Shown here in pieces: positions 1-13,147 of a stretch of 64,000 bases of DNA. The notes beneath the pieces were generated by a model, which ran no database searches, was not told the origin of the DNA, and worked only from the letters and a program-made list of their open reading frames with translations. The stretch's first letter is position 1; each line of letters starts with the position of its first letter. A program made the position numbers and the translations under genes. The stretch is from Lingula anatina (taxonomy: Eukaryota; Animalia; Brachiopoda). The DNA lies in the NCBI GenBank assembly GCA_051362555.1, contig CM120645.1, positions 1,922,001 through 1,986,000 on the forward strand. The letters run 5' to 3'.

Positions 1-1644
1 CAGCACTCACAAAAGTGCAAAGTTGCAAGTCTGTTCATTTTTACTTGACAGACCGAGTTTAGTACAAAAATACCAGTTATGACATTAGACAGAGAATTTT
101 TAGCCAGTGTCAAAGAAGTACGGGTTATTCTGTACAAACAAATTGATTTTTTACCCGACTTCTAATTTAGTTAGCCAACAGCTTTTATGTTGAAGACTTC
201 AAGTATACTTTGGGGAACCAAATATTATATCTGAGTTTGGAACTTCAAATAATGATGCTTGATGTAACAGAAATTTGCTGAGAGAGCCAGGAAAATGTAT
301 AATTCAAAAATGTAATATTTTGTAACAATATCAAGAATGGGATTACTCGAACCTTCTTAAAAGATAATTATCTTCCATTTCACAGCTGTTGATAGAATTT
401 GAACAAAATCTGAAGATATCAAGGTAAAAGGTAGAAGAAATTCAAACTATATCTGCCTCTCAGTTCTGCGACCTCAATGCTTGAATTCTATTAATTATAG
501 CTACATGCCTCCTGGTTCAGACAAGAAAAATGCTCGACTGATATTAAAAGCAAGGAACAGATTATGGTCTAGTCATCAACTACAAGTTGGACTGATTTCC
601 GGTCCAAATGAGTTTTGTCTGAACAAACGTCAACAACTGCTCCTTTCATCTAGATATACTGACAGGTGAGATAATAAGCTCAATCAACTTACAAATGATT
701 GTGTATAAAGGACTGGGGTCTAGTTTTTGCCCTTAAAAATTGGCCGAAAATGATAAAATCATATCACTTGAAGGAAGTAAACAGATTTTCTTTTAAGACA
801 TCTGTTTAAGTATGTCTTTTTATATACTGACATTTTAAAATGTTACAGGTAGTCTACAAGGGCAAAAAAAGAAAAGAATATCCTGAAAATTTAGAGCAAA
901 ATATTATAATATATGCACTTTTTATAGTTTTAAAATTATGATCACCTTTTTGAGTGCAAAACCAAGCATAAAACACAGGCTTCTGGGATGCTTTGGGCAA
1001 TGGTAGACAATAATCATCCTTATCAAACAGACCATCAGAATTAATCAAGCTCAAATATGGTAGTAATTCCTGCCTTTTTTATCTAACCAGTTTCTGAAGT
1101 AAGAAAACGGTTGCAATACCAATCTGGAGTTAACCATCTGTGACATTGATTAAATCACTACAGAAAGTGATAGGAAAGGGGGTGCAACTGATACCACCTG
1201 ATGGTGAAAGTAATTCTGTAAATGATCTCTGGCTGACATTTGCATGTGCAATTAGGCACATACATCTGGTCTCTCCCCTTACCTACCGGCTCTTATTGCC
1301 AAATTTTCCATGCTGTTAAACAAATCTACACAAAGAGTCAGAAGAATTTCAAAGTCTATTTCCAGATTAATACTTTTCAGTATTTAATTAGATGTTTCCT
1401 TCCATTTTTAATGCTCTAAATTTGCCAATCTAACATATATTTCAGTAAAATATAAAAAAGCTTTTCTCCAAACTGGAACAGTTTCAAAACAGCAAACCAT
1501 GGAGCAATCCAACCTAATTCACTCGGTCTCTTCTTGACCTTGTGTGAACTGCATCAGAACTTATCTCACACCCCAATAAAAACAGCTTCTAAATCATCAC
1601 CATGAGACAAATTAATAACAATATGACGAATACTGTAATGTCCA

Positions 1645-1780
1645 GAGGTGGGGGGTGGGTGGTGGTGGGGGGGGGGGGGGGTACTGGGGTACCTTGGGGG
1701 GGGCGGGCATTGGGGTACCAGGGAGAGGACACTGGGATACCGGGGGCGGGGCGGGGAGGGGGGAGGACACTAGGGTACCT
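1645..1780 (+). repeat. G-rich low-complexity tract with repeated actggggtacc; G-quadruplex potential
   Basis: More than 10 runs of three or more G. Confidence 0.8.
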
Positions 1781-3233
1781 CTCCAAATGTGCTTTGAGAA
1801 AAAAATTGACCATGTTATATAGTTGTATACAGGAGGCAGATATTCAGAGGTTTCACAGAGTATTGGGTACTAAAGCCACTGGTAAATTAATCTGACCAAC
1901 ATGTGACAGATTCAATACATACACTGGTTTAGATTCAAGAGGAAAAAAAAGAAACTTTAAAGTAAGGCAGCCAACTCTAGATTTTTGTTCTCAAATCCAA
2001 TACAAATTGTCCAGCATAAAAAAACAATAAATCCCCAATAAGCTAGAAACAGTAATTGCAAAGAAGGATGGATAATTGAAAGAAGGCTTTAACAGCATGC
2101 TAATGTTAAATCAGCTTTTTTATATGCAACACCATATGGAGATTAAAGACAAATAACTTACTAAAACAACATCAATCTAAATCAAAACTGGGCTCATGGT
2201 TTATGTTTACTTAGAGAGATACATCAAGCAAATTTTATTCTCTTCACTCTTCTCTATTTTCTAATCAACTAGCTTATAATAATATCTGTAAAGGACATCC
2301 CCTTTCCAAGAAAATCCCAAAATCTTTATTAAAAATGCACTGCTAAAAAAATCAACATGAAGGGTTATATTATTAAGTGTAAACTAAATCAGACAGAAGC
2401 ACCCTTAAATGTTACACTTCATTAAGTTGCAATGAGGCATTTACTGCATGTTGCACACATTTAGATATGGTATCTCTGTATTGTAAAAACTTGAAAGACT
2501 GGATAAACTGATAGACTGGCTGGTAATTTCTACCAAGGGATACAATTTCCCTCGCAGGGAGAGAATTACCAGACGTTATATCACCAATGTCCAATGGGGA
2601 ATTAAGAAATTCCACTTAACTTCCTCTTCCAGTAACTGTTGCTATTACCAAGAATATATGTTTTCATACTACCATAGAAGTACGGACAGTAATAGCCCTG
2701 GGCCTTCACAATTAGGCACTTTAAACATGAACAGGGTTGATAATAGGAATACGTACAGGCACTCCATATTTTGAGTATCAACAATTTTTGCAAACAAAAC
2801 AAAATGTTCTACCTAACCGTTAACATGACAGCAAAACGGTTCTCGACTCATATACCAGTATGTACGAAGCTTTCCAAATTTGAAAAAGCTCCGTTTCACC
2901 TTAGAATTCGCCATGACCAGGAGAAACCGAGATGTGAGGTAAATAAGATTTCTGGAACTTCCAAGCTAGCATATTTCCAAATTTGACCTTGAAAATAGGC
3001 CAAAGGTCAAGGTCAATGTCATAATTTTTCATTCATTTTAACTTATGAATGTGACAAAAGCATTTTCCTCTGTTGTTCCAGAAACTTTCTAAACTTCAGA
3101 CATCTTTAGGCAGTAACATGTATAACATACAAAAAAGCAACAAAACAGTTCAGTTTTGATAAATTCAACTGAAGATGCAGATTCCAAAGAAAATTCATTT
3201 TGATCATAAAACACAAGGTTTTCATTTTTGAAC

Positions 3234-3480
3234 TAAGGGACCATTCCCACAGATATTTGGATCGATCTATCTCCCTGGGGAGTCTCACTAAATCACTATC
3301 AAGATAACCAGCTTAAATGTCGGTCACGCCTAGTAAAGCTGTTAAGGGATAATTATTTTTACCCCCTAGCTTATTTGGGAGCGTGTCAGACATTTAAGTT
3401 GATAGCAGTTAAGTGAGACTCCCCATGGAGTTAGGCCGATGCAGATGGATTGATCTAGGCAGGGGAACCCCGTCTTAAAT
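3234..3480. mobile_element. ~240-bp non-autonomous DNA-transposon-like repeat, copy 1
   Basis: Aligns along its length to the reverse complement of 18270-18503 (cccacagatatt; ctggggagtctcacta; gcttaaatgtc; ggagttagg; gtcttaaa); imperfect terminal inverted repeats. Confidence 0.75.
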
Positions 3481-6032
3481 TTCAGAACAGTTTTCAGGCT
3501 AAAATGACTTTGTCTGAATGACCCCTGGGAATTCACTTTAAGTTCAAGCAATGTTTGAGATCCTTCTTAGGTTTTCCCCAATCCACCAAGATAAAAACCT
3601 CAAATGTTTTTGTGGTTGTGATGGTTTTGTAACAAGACAAATGAAACAATAATCCAATGGCTAAATGCATTGTTTATGACTTACATCACAACAAACCTTA
3701 CACCACAGCTGATGTGGAGGACAAAAGATTAAGAAGTGGTGTATCCTAGATTTTGGCATGTCACGCAGGCTTGCATGGCACACCAAACAGTGGTCGTTTG
3801 TAGTCAACATCCCTGTGATAGAAGTCAGCTTCACTCTTTAGGTGCTACATAACATTCCCTCACGTCCATCACATACATTGCGATAACTCATGGTACTATC
3901 TATTAAACACGTGTAATGATGCCAACATACAATTATTTGAAAAGTCGACCTTTTGGTTATCTCGTTACTAGTCATGCAATAAACTATGGAATTATGTGAG
4001 ATGCTGATTAAAAGTGGAGAAACGTAATTACTCTCTAAATTACTCCAGACCTATGTTAACTTTGATTCCCTCTCTCTGTGTTGCTAATGATATCTGAAAG
4101 ATATCATCAGAAAAACAAAAAAAAAACAAGTAGGGTTCATGATAGACATTTCTCCCGTGTGTAAATGAATAGGATGATATTTGTGGGAAAATTACTGTAA
4201 GTAACATCAGATTAGTTGCAAGTTACACTTTTTCTGTTGGTCCCCCCCCTCCTTTTTTCCTACTTTCTTTTTTCAGTTTTGATACTGTTTTTAACATTTG
4301 TACATGCTGTGGTTCCATTCTAAGACATAACGTAATCGAATTATCGCAATTCAATTATTGGTTCGTAGTCTACAAAAGAGCTTCCTTGTGAAATAGCATC
4401 AGGTGCAGAGACGATAATATCTGCTAGAATTACATGATCTGGCGTATTGATTCCTAATTTGGTAGTAAAAGGAAAGCAACTGAAATGGGAAGGAATTTAA
4501 TTATGTGTAATGAACCGCGTTGCTTTCAATTTCAGGCCTGTATCAGATGCTCGGGTTCTCTAACTTTTATTTGACAAAACCCAATCACTGTGAGTACAGA
4601 CGGATAAAATGGCTCCCTGGGGAAATGAGCAAAACAAGTGAAAATATATATATAACTTGATTCATTTTTCTTCACAAAAAATAAAAATAAAATAAAATAA
4701 AGGCAAAAAAAAAGTAAGAAAAGACCAAAACATCCTTTTATTCAATAAGCAATTTTAAATAGAAAAAAAATGAAGGTTTGTATTTATTAGGATACTTATT
4801 ATAATAAATAACATTTATTTGGCCTAGATGAGGCATGCTAAGACCAAATGAGAAGGTTGGCTGCATTGCCTCATGCAGAGATTAAAACAGCAAATCTAAT
4901 TTTTTTTTGTGGTGTTCAATTTTCACATACGGTAAATAAATAAATAAATAAATGTCAAATTGTTTATTTTCATACATTTGTGAAGTTTTGTCTTCATCAT
5001 AACCATGTCTGGTGCTCTCCAAAGTACCACCAAGAACAGTTTACTGTAACTGTGATATCCAAATATAGAACTTAATCAGCGAAGGACATTAACTGAAAAT
5101 TAAAACAACCACCACCCTAACCTCCTCAATACCATCAAAGCAAACATATCATGATATACTTAATTCATCTTTGTAATTAAGCCTCATGGGTTTTGAGTGA
5201 TGTCTATTGAAACACAAAAATACAAAGCAAAACTGGTCTTCATTGAATTATCTCCGTTGAAGCACTCACTGTGTCTAGTATGTTGAGTACTTGTTGGTCC
5301 TTTAATCAAGAGCAATCTAATGATATATCAAAGGCATGTGAATACTTGTCTTGTTGTAATTAAATTATGTCTGATGTAAGTATGCAGTGTCTCTGGCCAT
5401 TCTAATCTGAGGGCAAGTTTTTAGCTAGGTTATCCCTCTGTGGAGTAGCAATAACAACTGACAAAAATATTACACATCCTCTGAAACAGCAGAGGGTAAA
5501 AGATAATTTCAATTTTGGGAGAAATCTCTGTTTGTGACTGTCAGCCTTTATTATACAGAAAGGAATACATATTTAGCAAGAATATCATTTAATTAATCAA
5601 ATAAGCATGCCTTGGAACAGCCAAAACATTTCCAAAACAGCAATCAGAAAGCCTCTAAACCAGCTGCAGTCCAACTTGCTGTGCTAATCTAAATTTATTC
5701 AGGTGGATTTCTGCTAGACTGTAAACTGTCTGGTCAATAAAACAGACTGATGACAATGATCAAACTGATCCAGATCTGGATTAACCCTGTCAAGGGAAAT
5801 GCCCCAAAGGTTTTACACATACAGTGTAGAACTGACATAAAGCCAGACAAACATCCATGAGGAGATGGAATGCAGTTTGTGTAGCAGATTACATCAAGTA
5901 CTGCTGGTATTGTGATCCATGGATTCTCAATTAACCTTAGACCAATGGATTGGCCCAATGGGAGGCTTGGTTCTACCACAATTGGCTGAGAAAAAGAAGG
6001 AAGAGACTTCTGTTCCTCTATTTTTCTGCATT

Positions 6033-6035
<3 letters not shown>

Positions 6036-6063
<28 letters not shown>

Positions 6064-6156
6064 TTTTTACTTTCTCTCTCTAATGCACACTTTCTCTCTC
6101 TTATGCCTGCTTTCTCTCTATGTATGCATGTTTGTACTTATGCATGTGTATGTCTG

Positions 6157-6202
<46 letters not shown>
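6036..6202. repeat. (CT)n and (TG)n microsatellites
   Basis: Direct reading. Confidence 0.95.
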
Positions 6203-6203
<1 letters not shown>

Positions 6204-9200
6204 ACGTACGCATGTGTACACTTGCATGGCCTCCTAGTCTCCTCCTCTTTTGCAGAAATACAAGATGCATATCAATGCACCAGCTCACATCAGCAGCTTC
6301 ACAAAGAGAATTCATTCCCCTTGGAAGGATAAGTCCCCGGGGACAGATTGACCCGACGAGTAAAAAAGAACACTAAAGTAAATGAAATCATGTTGTTCTC
6401 AGGAGGTTACTAATACCGGGGCATTAGTATGGCCTCAGTAATGCCCTGTGAAGTAAGATGGAGAGGATGACCCTACGGGACTGTCACAAAGTCATTATAG
6501 CTGGTCATTTGCGCTATTGTAATTTTATGTTCCTGAAAAAATATGAATGTGCTTCCTTCAGAAACATTACTGGAAACATCCAGTACCGTTCATTTCCTAA
6601 AATTTGAGAGGAGAAATATAATGATTATAACTAAGAACATATGTGAGGCCGTAAAGTCAACATCAATTAAAATAATATCTCATCATGATGTGACATACAC
6701 ACACTGAGGTAAAATAGGTCACTTGCTTGAAATTCTAAGATCTAAAACTACATCATGGCAAACCATTTGTCAAACAGATCTGGAGAAAAGGTGCAGTACC
6801 CTTAGGAATAGTTTCTCATGCCACTGGTACTGCATTTGTCTGCAACAGATGGATCTTGAAGAAAGATTGGTCAGCCCCATGGGATTGAGGGTACTAAACC
6901 CTAGATTCATGAATCACACCATGGGTTGCAACATGAATGATGATGAGGAAAAATCGTGCACTGTTTATATAAATAATTAATCACGCAAGAGGAAACGATA
7001 ATGGGTGCAAGATCTGAGAACTTGCTGAGCACTGAATCTTGAATGGCCCATTAAAAAATAAAAAAGGGATAAAATGCATGCTATATCTATTATTAGTTAA
7101 ATAAATCTTGTATTACAGTTTTGGCATATCTTTTGGTTTGGTTTAAAAATAACAAGGCGAGGCCGACAATTGTTGGTAATAAAATCTTAAAAATGGATAA
7201 TAAAAACTTCAAATTCTGACATGTGATTTTTAAAGCTAAATGTTATGATTTTATAGAGACTAAATCCCTTGTTGAAAATAGAAAACAGAATGTATCTAAT
7301 GATTGCCATTCATGCTTCCTGTCTTATGCTGACTTACTGAAGTCCAATGGTACTGTAAAAACAAAACAACAACTCACAGAAAAAAAAGAAGAAAAAAGAA
7401 AAGTAACCAAATCGGACATATGATCATCAGTGCACAGCAAAGAATCAATACATTTCTTCCTAACCCAAAAACTCTAGACAAAAACAGAAAATGACACATC
7501 TAACATCTAAACTCAAATGTCCTTAGCAAATCTGCTTATCTATTCCCCGGGGAGATTTAATGAGCAGGAAAAGTAAAAAACAAAGAGGACGTAACGATGC
7601 ACAGGAGAGAGATCAAAACTTGAGGATCTTCTTAAATGTCATCTCGATGTTAAATGTTGTCTTTAAACACAAACTTGCCATGATGATAGTCTTTGTCAAG
7701 TACCCAGACAGTTTCTGATGGTCCCATTATTATTTCTCCTTAGCACTTAAAAAAAAAAAGAAGAAACTCTTCAGAGAGTGGGATAAAAATCCAAGAGAGA
7801 TCATTAGTTTCAATTGGAAGTCAAAGAAAAAATATTTAAACTGAAAGGACTCATGTCATCATGAAAAGTATTAAAAGTAAAATAAACAAAAAAAAACTTA
7901 TCAAAAAATTATTTCAGTGTCAAAAAGAAAAAAAATGTGAGTCAGAAATTAGTTTTATGCTTTCAAGTAGCAATTTCTTTCAAATGTTTTATTTTCTCCT
8001 TCAAGATTATGCCTCCTTTCTCATTTTTACAACTTTGTAAAAGGCACAACCTTTCTGAGACTAATAATTTGTCATGAAAACTACTTTACAGATGCCAATC
8101 CACCCATTCTCTCTCTCTTAAATTTCTCTTCTAACATGAACTGGTGTGTTTAGCTTCTTAAGTTAACATCAAAAATTCAAATGGTCTTTATGAAAAGGTC
8201 AAAATCATCAGGACTGCAGCTTTATGTATTAATATTTTGTCCCTAATTTAGTTCCTATAGGTTTCACATCCAATGACCACCTGGTTTTATATGTGTAAGT
8301 GGAAAATCTCTGTAAAAATACAGCTAGTATAATATATTGTGCTGGGATACACAGGTCAACTTGTTACATAAAAGGGTTTCAGAGTCATTTAATATGTTTA
8401 ATATGTCCAAAGGTAAATCAATTTAAAAATCATGTTATCCTATCAATAATCTTTATCTTTGACAAATCAACAGATTTTATTTTAAACCTTGCCTATTTTA
8501 TAAAAAGATGCTTCAAAGGGTTAAGCTTACAGATGGGATGAAAGGGAAAGTGAAAGTGAGATACATTAGCTGTATATAACAGCCAAGAGAGACCTATGAC
8601 CACACCCTTTATGACTGAACCCACCACCTCACTTACTCTCTCTCTCTCTCTCTTTCTTTCTCTCTCTCTCTTAACCAACCCACCAAGCCAAAGGTTGGCT
8701 GCAATTGTAAGAGTTACGTTTTTGAGGTTTAGGGTCAGCTTTAATTCAAAATAAATTTGCTGTACTCTGTATGATATATTATTAATTCAGTACAAACATT
8801 GGCCAATGGATCAATGAAAATGGCCATAATAAAAACAAAATAAAAAGTTAGGACTGAGTGCATTTCAATCAAAAGCACGAAACTCAACTGAACATTTAAG
8901 AGTTGGATCAGATTAAATGCCTTTTCAAATTGCTTATATTTCATAAAATATGTCAATATCTTAGAATATTACAAATATTTAGTAAAACAACTTCACAGGA
9001 AAAAAAAACAATTAGAAAAATGCCCAAAAATATCTTTGAAATCCTGAATCTGAAAATAAAACTTGGAATTATATTTTTGTTCATTCTCTGAGCACTTGCT
9101 TCACCTCCAGTAATGAAAAATTGCCTCACACCAGGCCACACTCTACAACCCATCAGACAGATAATTGAAACTAATGGGGAAACCTGTTTTTAGGAGGTAT

Positions 9201-9423
9201 CAAAAGAAACCTGGTATTTCCTACAGATGATAAAACTTCAGGTGTTACTCAAGATAACTTCAAAGTCACTATGCAATTGAAGAGCCACTTTACAAAAAGA
9301 CTTTTCACTCAGCTGACGGTTAATTGTACGAATGTTTCAAATGCCTTGTAAAAGGTGTGTTTACACTAAAGATAGGCCTACCATTCTTGGCAGCATGTTT
9401 GGCCCACTGCACTCCATTTACCG

Positions 9424-9849
9424 TACTAGACCCACACTGCCCCCATACTGGACCCATGCTGCCCCCACAATGGACCCACACTGCCCCCACAATGGACCCA
9501 CACTGCCCCCCATACTGGACCCACAGTGCTCCCATACTGGACCCACACTGCTCCCAGACTGGACCCACACTGCCCCCATATTGGACCAACAGTGCCCCCA
9601 GACTGGACTCACAGTGCCCCCAGACTGGACTCACAGTGCCCCCATACTGGACCCACACTGCCCCCATACTGCCCCATACCGGCCCACACTGTCCCCATAC
9701 TGGACCCACACTGCCCCCATACTGGACCTACAGTGCCCCCATACTGGACCCACAGTGCCCCCATACTGCCCCATACCGGCCCACACTGTCCCCATACTGG
9801 ACCCACACTGCCCCCATACTGGACCCACAGTGCCCCCATACTGGATCCA
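9424..9849. repeat. GC-rich minisatellite, ~22-bp unit (TACTGGACCCACACTGCCCCCA), roughly 19-20 copies with variants
   Basis: Direct periodicity; produces stop-free repetitive ORFs in all six frames. Confidence 0.95.
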
Positions 9850-11438
9850 TACATGTTTTGCATATTAATAAACCCCTTTGCTATATGATTCTTTTTATCT
9901 TCTTTTCTATCTATTATCCAATCTCAATTATCTTTTTCCCCTTTTCTAGTGTCTAACACCTTGGTGCTCCCCCCCCAAAAAAAAAAAAAAAAGCTGTGAT
10001 AAAGCTGTGATATCTTAAGCAAGTGTTTGGGCCTAAATTCTGCCCCTTATCATAGACTGATGGTGTCTCTATGGGAATAGGGTGTTGGACACATATCCTG
10101 TCCTATGTCTCTAGCCCTGTCTTGAACACACCCAATGCTATATACTACACTATCATGCCATTGTAATATTTCTATAACTGAGGGAAAGAACTCAAGTTAT
10201 GTGTATAACAACCCAGATTCTGGTTATGTGCATGCCGCAATAAGAGAAAATGTGGCATTTTTCCCCAAATCAAGACTTCTCCTCGGTCATAGAACAATAG
10301 TGCCATGCAGTTTGCTTCACTTATGTAAAAGTGCAAGGAATGTATCACACTTGACTGCCCCGTAAGTTATGAAATTTAATCAAAATTTTGTACAAACACT
10401 TTGTATGTTGTCTAGGAAATATCTGTTGAGAGGGAGAGTGGAGAAACAAATTACAAACTGAGCCATAAATAATAAATAAATGATGGATTTTTATCTTGAA
10501 TGTGGTTTTGAGTGCTGATAAATTTGATCCGTTTGAACAATGTCACGTTCTTCCCCCATTTATCATGATTGTGTGTCACTTAATAAAACATATCAATTTC
10601 AAGCACTAGTTCATTTCAGTCGCAACAAATTGCAAGAATTGTACAAGAAAGGTTACTTTTAGAAAAATACACTAATCGTCTAGACTTGTAATACACTTAA
10701 CAGGCTCCCAGTGGTAAGTTTAATTTCCAGTAATGGCTTGGAGCCACTTTTTGAGCAAAAGAAAATGAGATATTTCTTTCTGTTGTTTTTAAGTAATCTG
10801 TCTGATGAAACAACAATCAGTTGTTTTTAATGCTTACTTTGTATGTGCAGTTGGGGAGAGAAGGGGGGGGTTAATACTCTTTCTTTAATTTAAAGATTTT
10901 ACATGAGACACAAAGCATCAACTAATTTCACTGGTACAATAATAACGATGTAGACAAACAAACAAATAGTACACTTTCTTTGGTGGATAGTAAAACAGTA
11001 TAAAATACACAAATGAGCAAACTTAAAAACCATATTACCTTATTCCTTGAGCTACAAGCATGTGCTACAAACTTGTGAATAATTTAAAAGCTAACATTGG
11101 CACATCTGGTGAAACTACTTGTGTATGCTGGATTAAAAATTGAAAATTTTCAAAAAAAGTGAATTTACTTGAACTCAGTACACTTTCAACTTCAAATACC
11201 TGTATAGCAACAAGAGTGCAAGAAACCCCTAAAATTATTGTATACTGAAGCATACAAACAACTAATCAACCTATGAACAACAAATATAAGAATACAACCC
11301 ATTTTTAACTTGAATCTTTTAAAACATGCCAGATGTGGCATGGAACTGATACAGGGTCTCTTCTAAAAATTGGAATCAAAATTTGAAAAACTCTCTCTAG
11401 GCAACATATGAATAATCGATTGACTTTGATTGTAAAAT

Positions 11439-11544
11439 TGAATGAATGAGTGACTGAATGAATGAAGGATAGAATGAAAGAAGGAAAGAAATGAATAAAT
11501 GAATGAATGAACAAATGAACGAACAAACAAACAAATGAATGAAT
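11439..11544. repeat. Degenerate (GAAT/AAAC)n microsatellite
   Basis: Direct reading. Confidence 0.85.
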
Positions 11545-13147
11545 ACATAAAGATTTCCCATTATCAGTAATGCTATCTGTTTTCTGTTCTCACTAACACG
11601 AGTTCCACATGGCATTGGTGGTACCATGAAAACAAGTGGGACTTCAATATGCCCATTTGTTTTGGCCTTAAAAATCTATAATTATGGGAGATAACTTGCT
11701 ACAAATGGAAATTGGATCATGAAATTTTCCCATCATCACTTAGTGTATAACTATGTGATAACATCATAAAGGAAGAAGACATGGGAACAAATCAATAGGA
11801 GACTAGATCAGCAGACAAAAATGTGAAAAATTAATTTACTCGGACTCTGTACACTTCTTGAGACGGGATGCGAAGTGGGACTTCTGTCTCCAGCATGGAG
11901 ACAAATGTTTGTAATGATTGTAATCAAGCCACAAATCCCCCAGGTTCCAGGAAGCAGTGTGTGGGCAATGCTACATGTCTCAGCATTATTGATATAACAG
12001 CTTTTCACTCATCCCTTGTGGTTTATGCTTAATTTGGAAAATGAATTTGCTTTTTTTAAGGCATGCTTCTAGAGCGTACTTGTCGTAGCCATCACACATC
12101 AAGTGACCCTTGGATTACGCAAATACTCATTGAGTGACGTAAGTTATAATACTAGCTATCAACTGTGTCTTTATGGCATATTGATAAAATACCGTTATCA
12201 TTACCAGCAAGATCTTATCTTACAGCCCTACATGATGTGTGCATTGTACTAGTAATTTATAGACCTACATTAATTGTTTTGATCTGAAATTATAAAATCA
12301 AGGCATCAATTTATCACTATCATTCAATTCATAGATCAAGATGAATAACACTAGCACATACATTCATATTTGTATAAAAATCTGGAATAAAAGATACAAT
12401 AAAGATACACTGCACAAAATTGCATTTAATATTTCAGAAAATTTTGAACAATATTGAAAAATATTTCAACCAAGAAAAAAAAAATAGAAATGGGCAAAGT
12501 TCACATGCATGGTAGGGCAAATCATGGGTCTTTGTCCTCTTCCTGGATATTGCTCTCTTTTGGTAGCATCAAGTGGCATATATTGTAACCAAACACATGA
12601 CTGGTCACAATTCTTCAAGTTTTTAACATCCATACCAATCAAATGACATTTGACAAAACACTGTCTTGTCAAATCCATAGTATTATGTAATCAAACATTT
12701 CATTGGCCATGTTCTAGCCAGCTGTTCCAATCAACACCAATGAAAAGCCATTTGACAAGACAGTTTTGTCAAAAGATTAACAATCGTGCTCCCCTATATT
12801 GATGTTTAGTACCAAACGATAAGATTTGATTTCAAGCAGTGTTCTATCACAAAAATGGCAGCAACCCTTACACATATCATCTTTTAGGTTTTAACAGCAG
12901 AAAATTGTGAACTGTAACACAGAAAACTGGAAAAAATCCTCAAATGCTACAGTTATAAAACCTGTTACTAATTTGCAGAAAACCTTGAGTGGTAATATGA
13001 AAACTCCCTAACAACCTTTTACTTTTAAAGGTGAAAATGGGAAGTGGCAAACATCGTATCTGTGCTGTACAAACCCAAAAGAGACCATGTGTAAGGGCTG
13101 AATACCCTGATATATATATCACTGACATGTAAAATGATAGCAATTAC

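Noticed and set aside
5950-6376. Cys/Val- and His/Thr-rich ORFs
   Set aside because: Translations of (CT)n and (TG)n microsatellites.
9424-9849. CRISPR-like appearance of the repeats here and at 13699-14400 and 33938-34441
   Set aside because: Head-to-tail tandem units without unique spacers, in a eukaryotic genome with no cas genes.
9320-9956. Six-frame Pro/His/Trp-rich ORFs up to 210 aa
   Set aside because: By-product of the 22-bp minisatellite; open in all frames on both strands, with no splice context.
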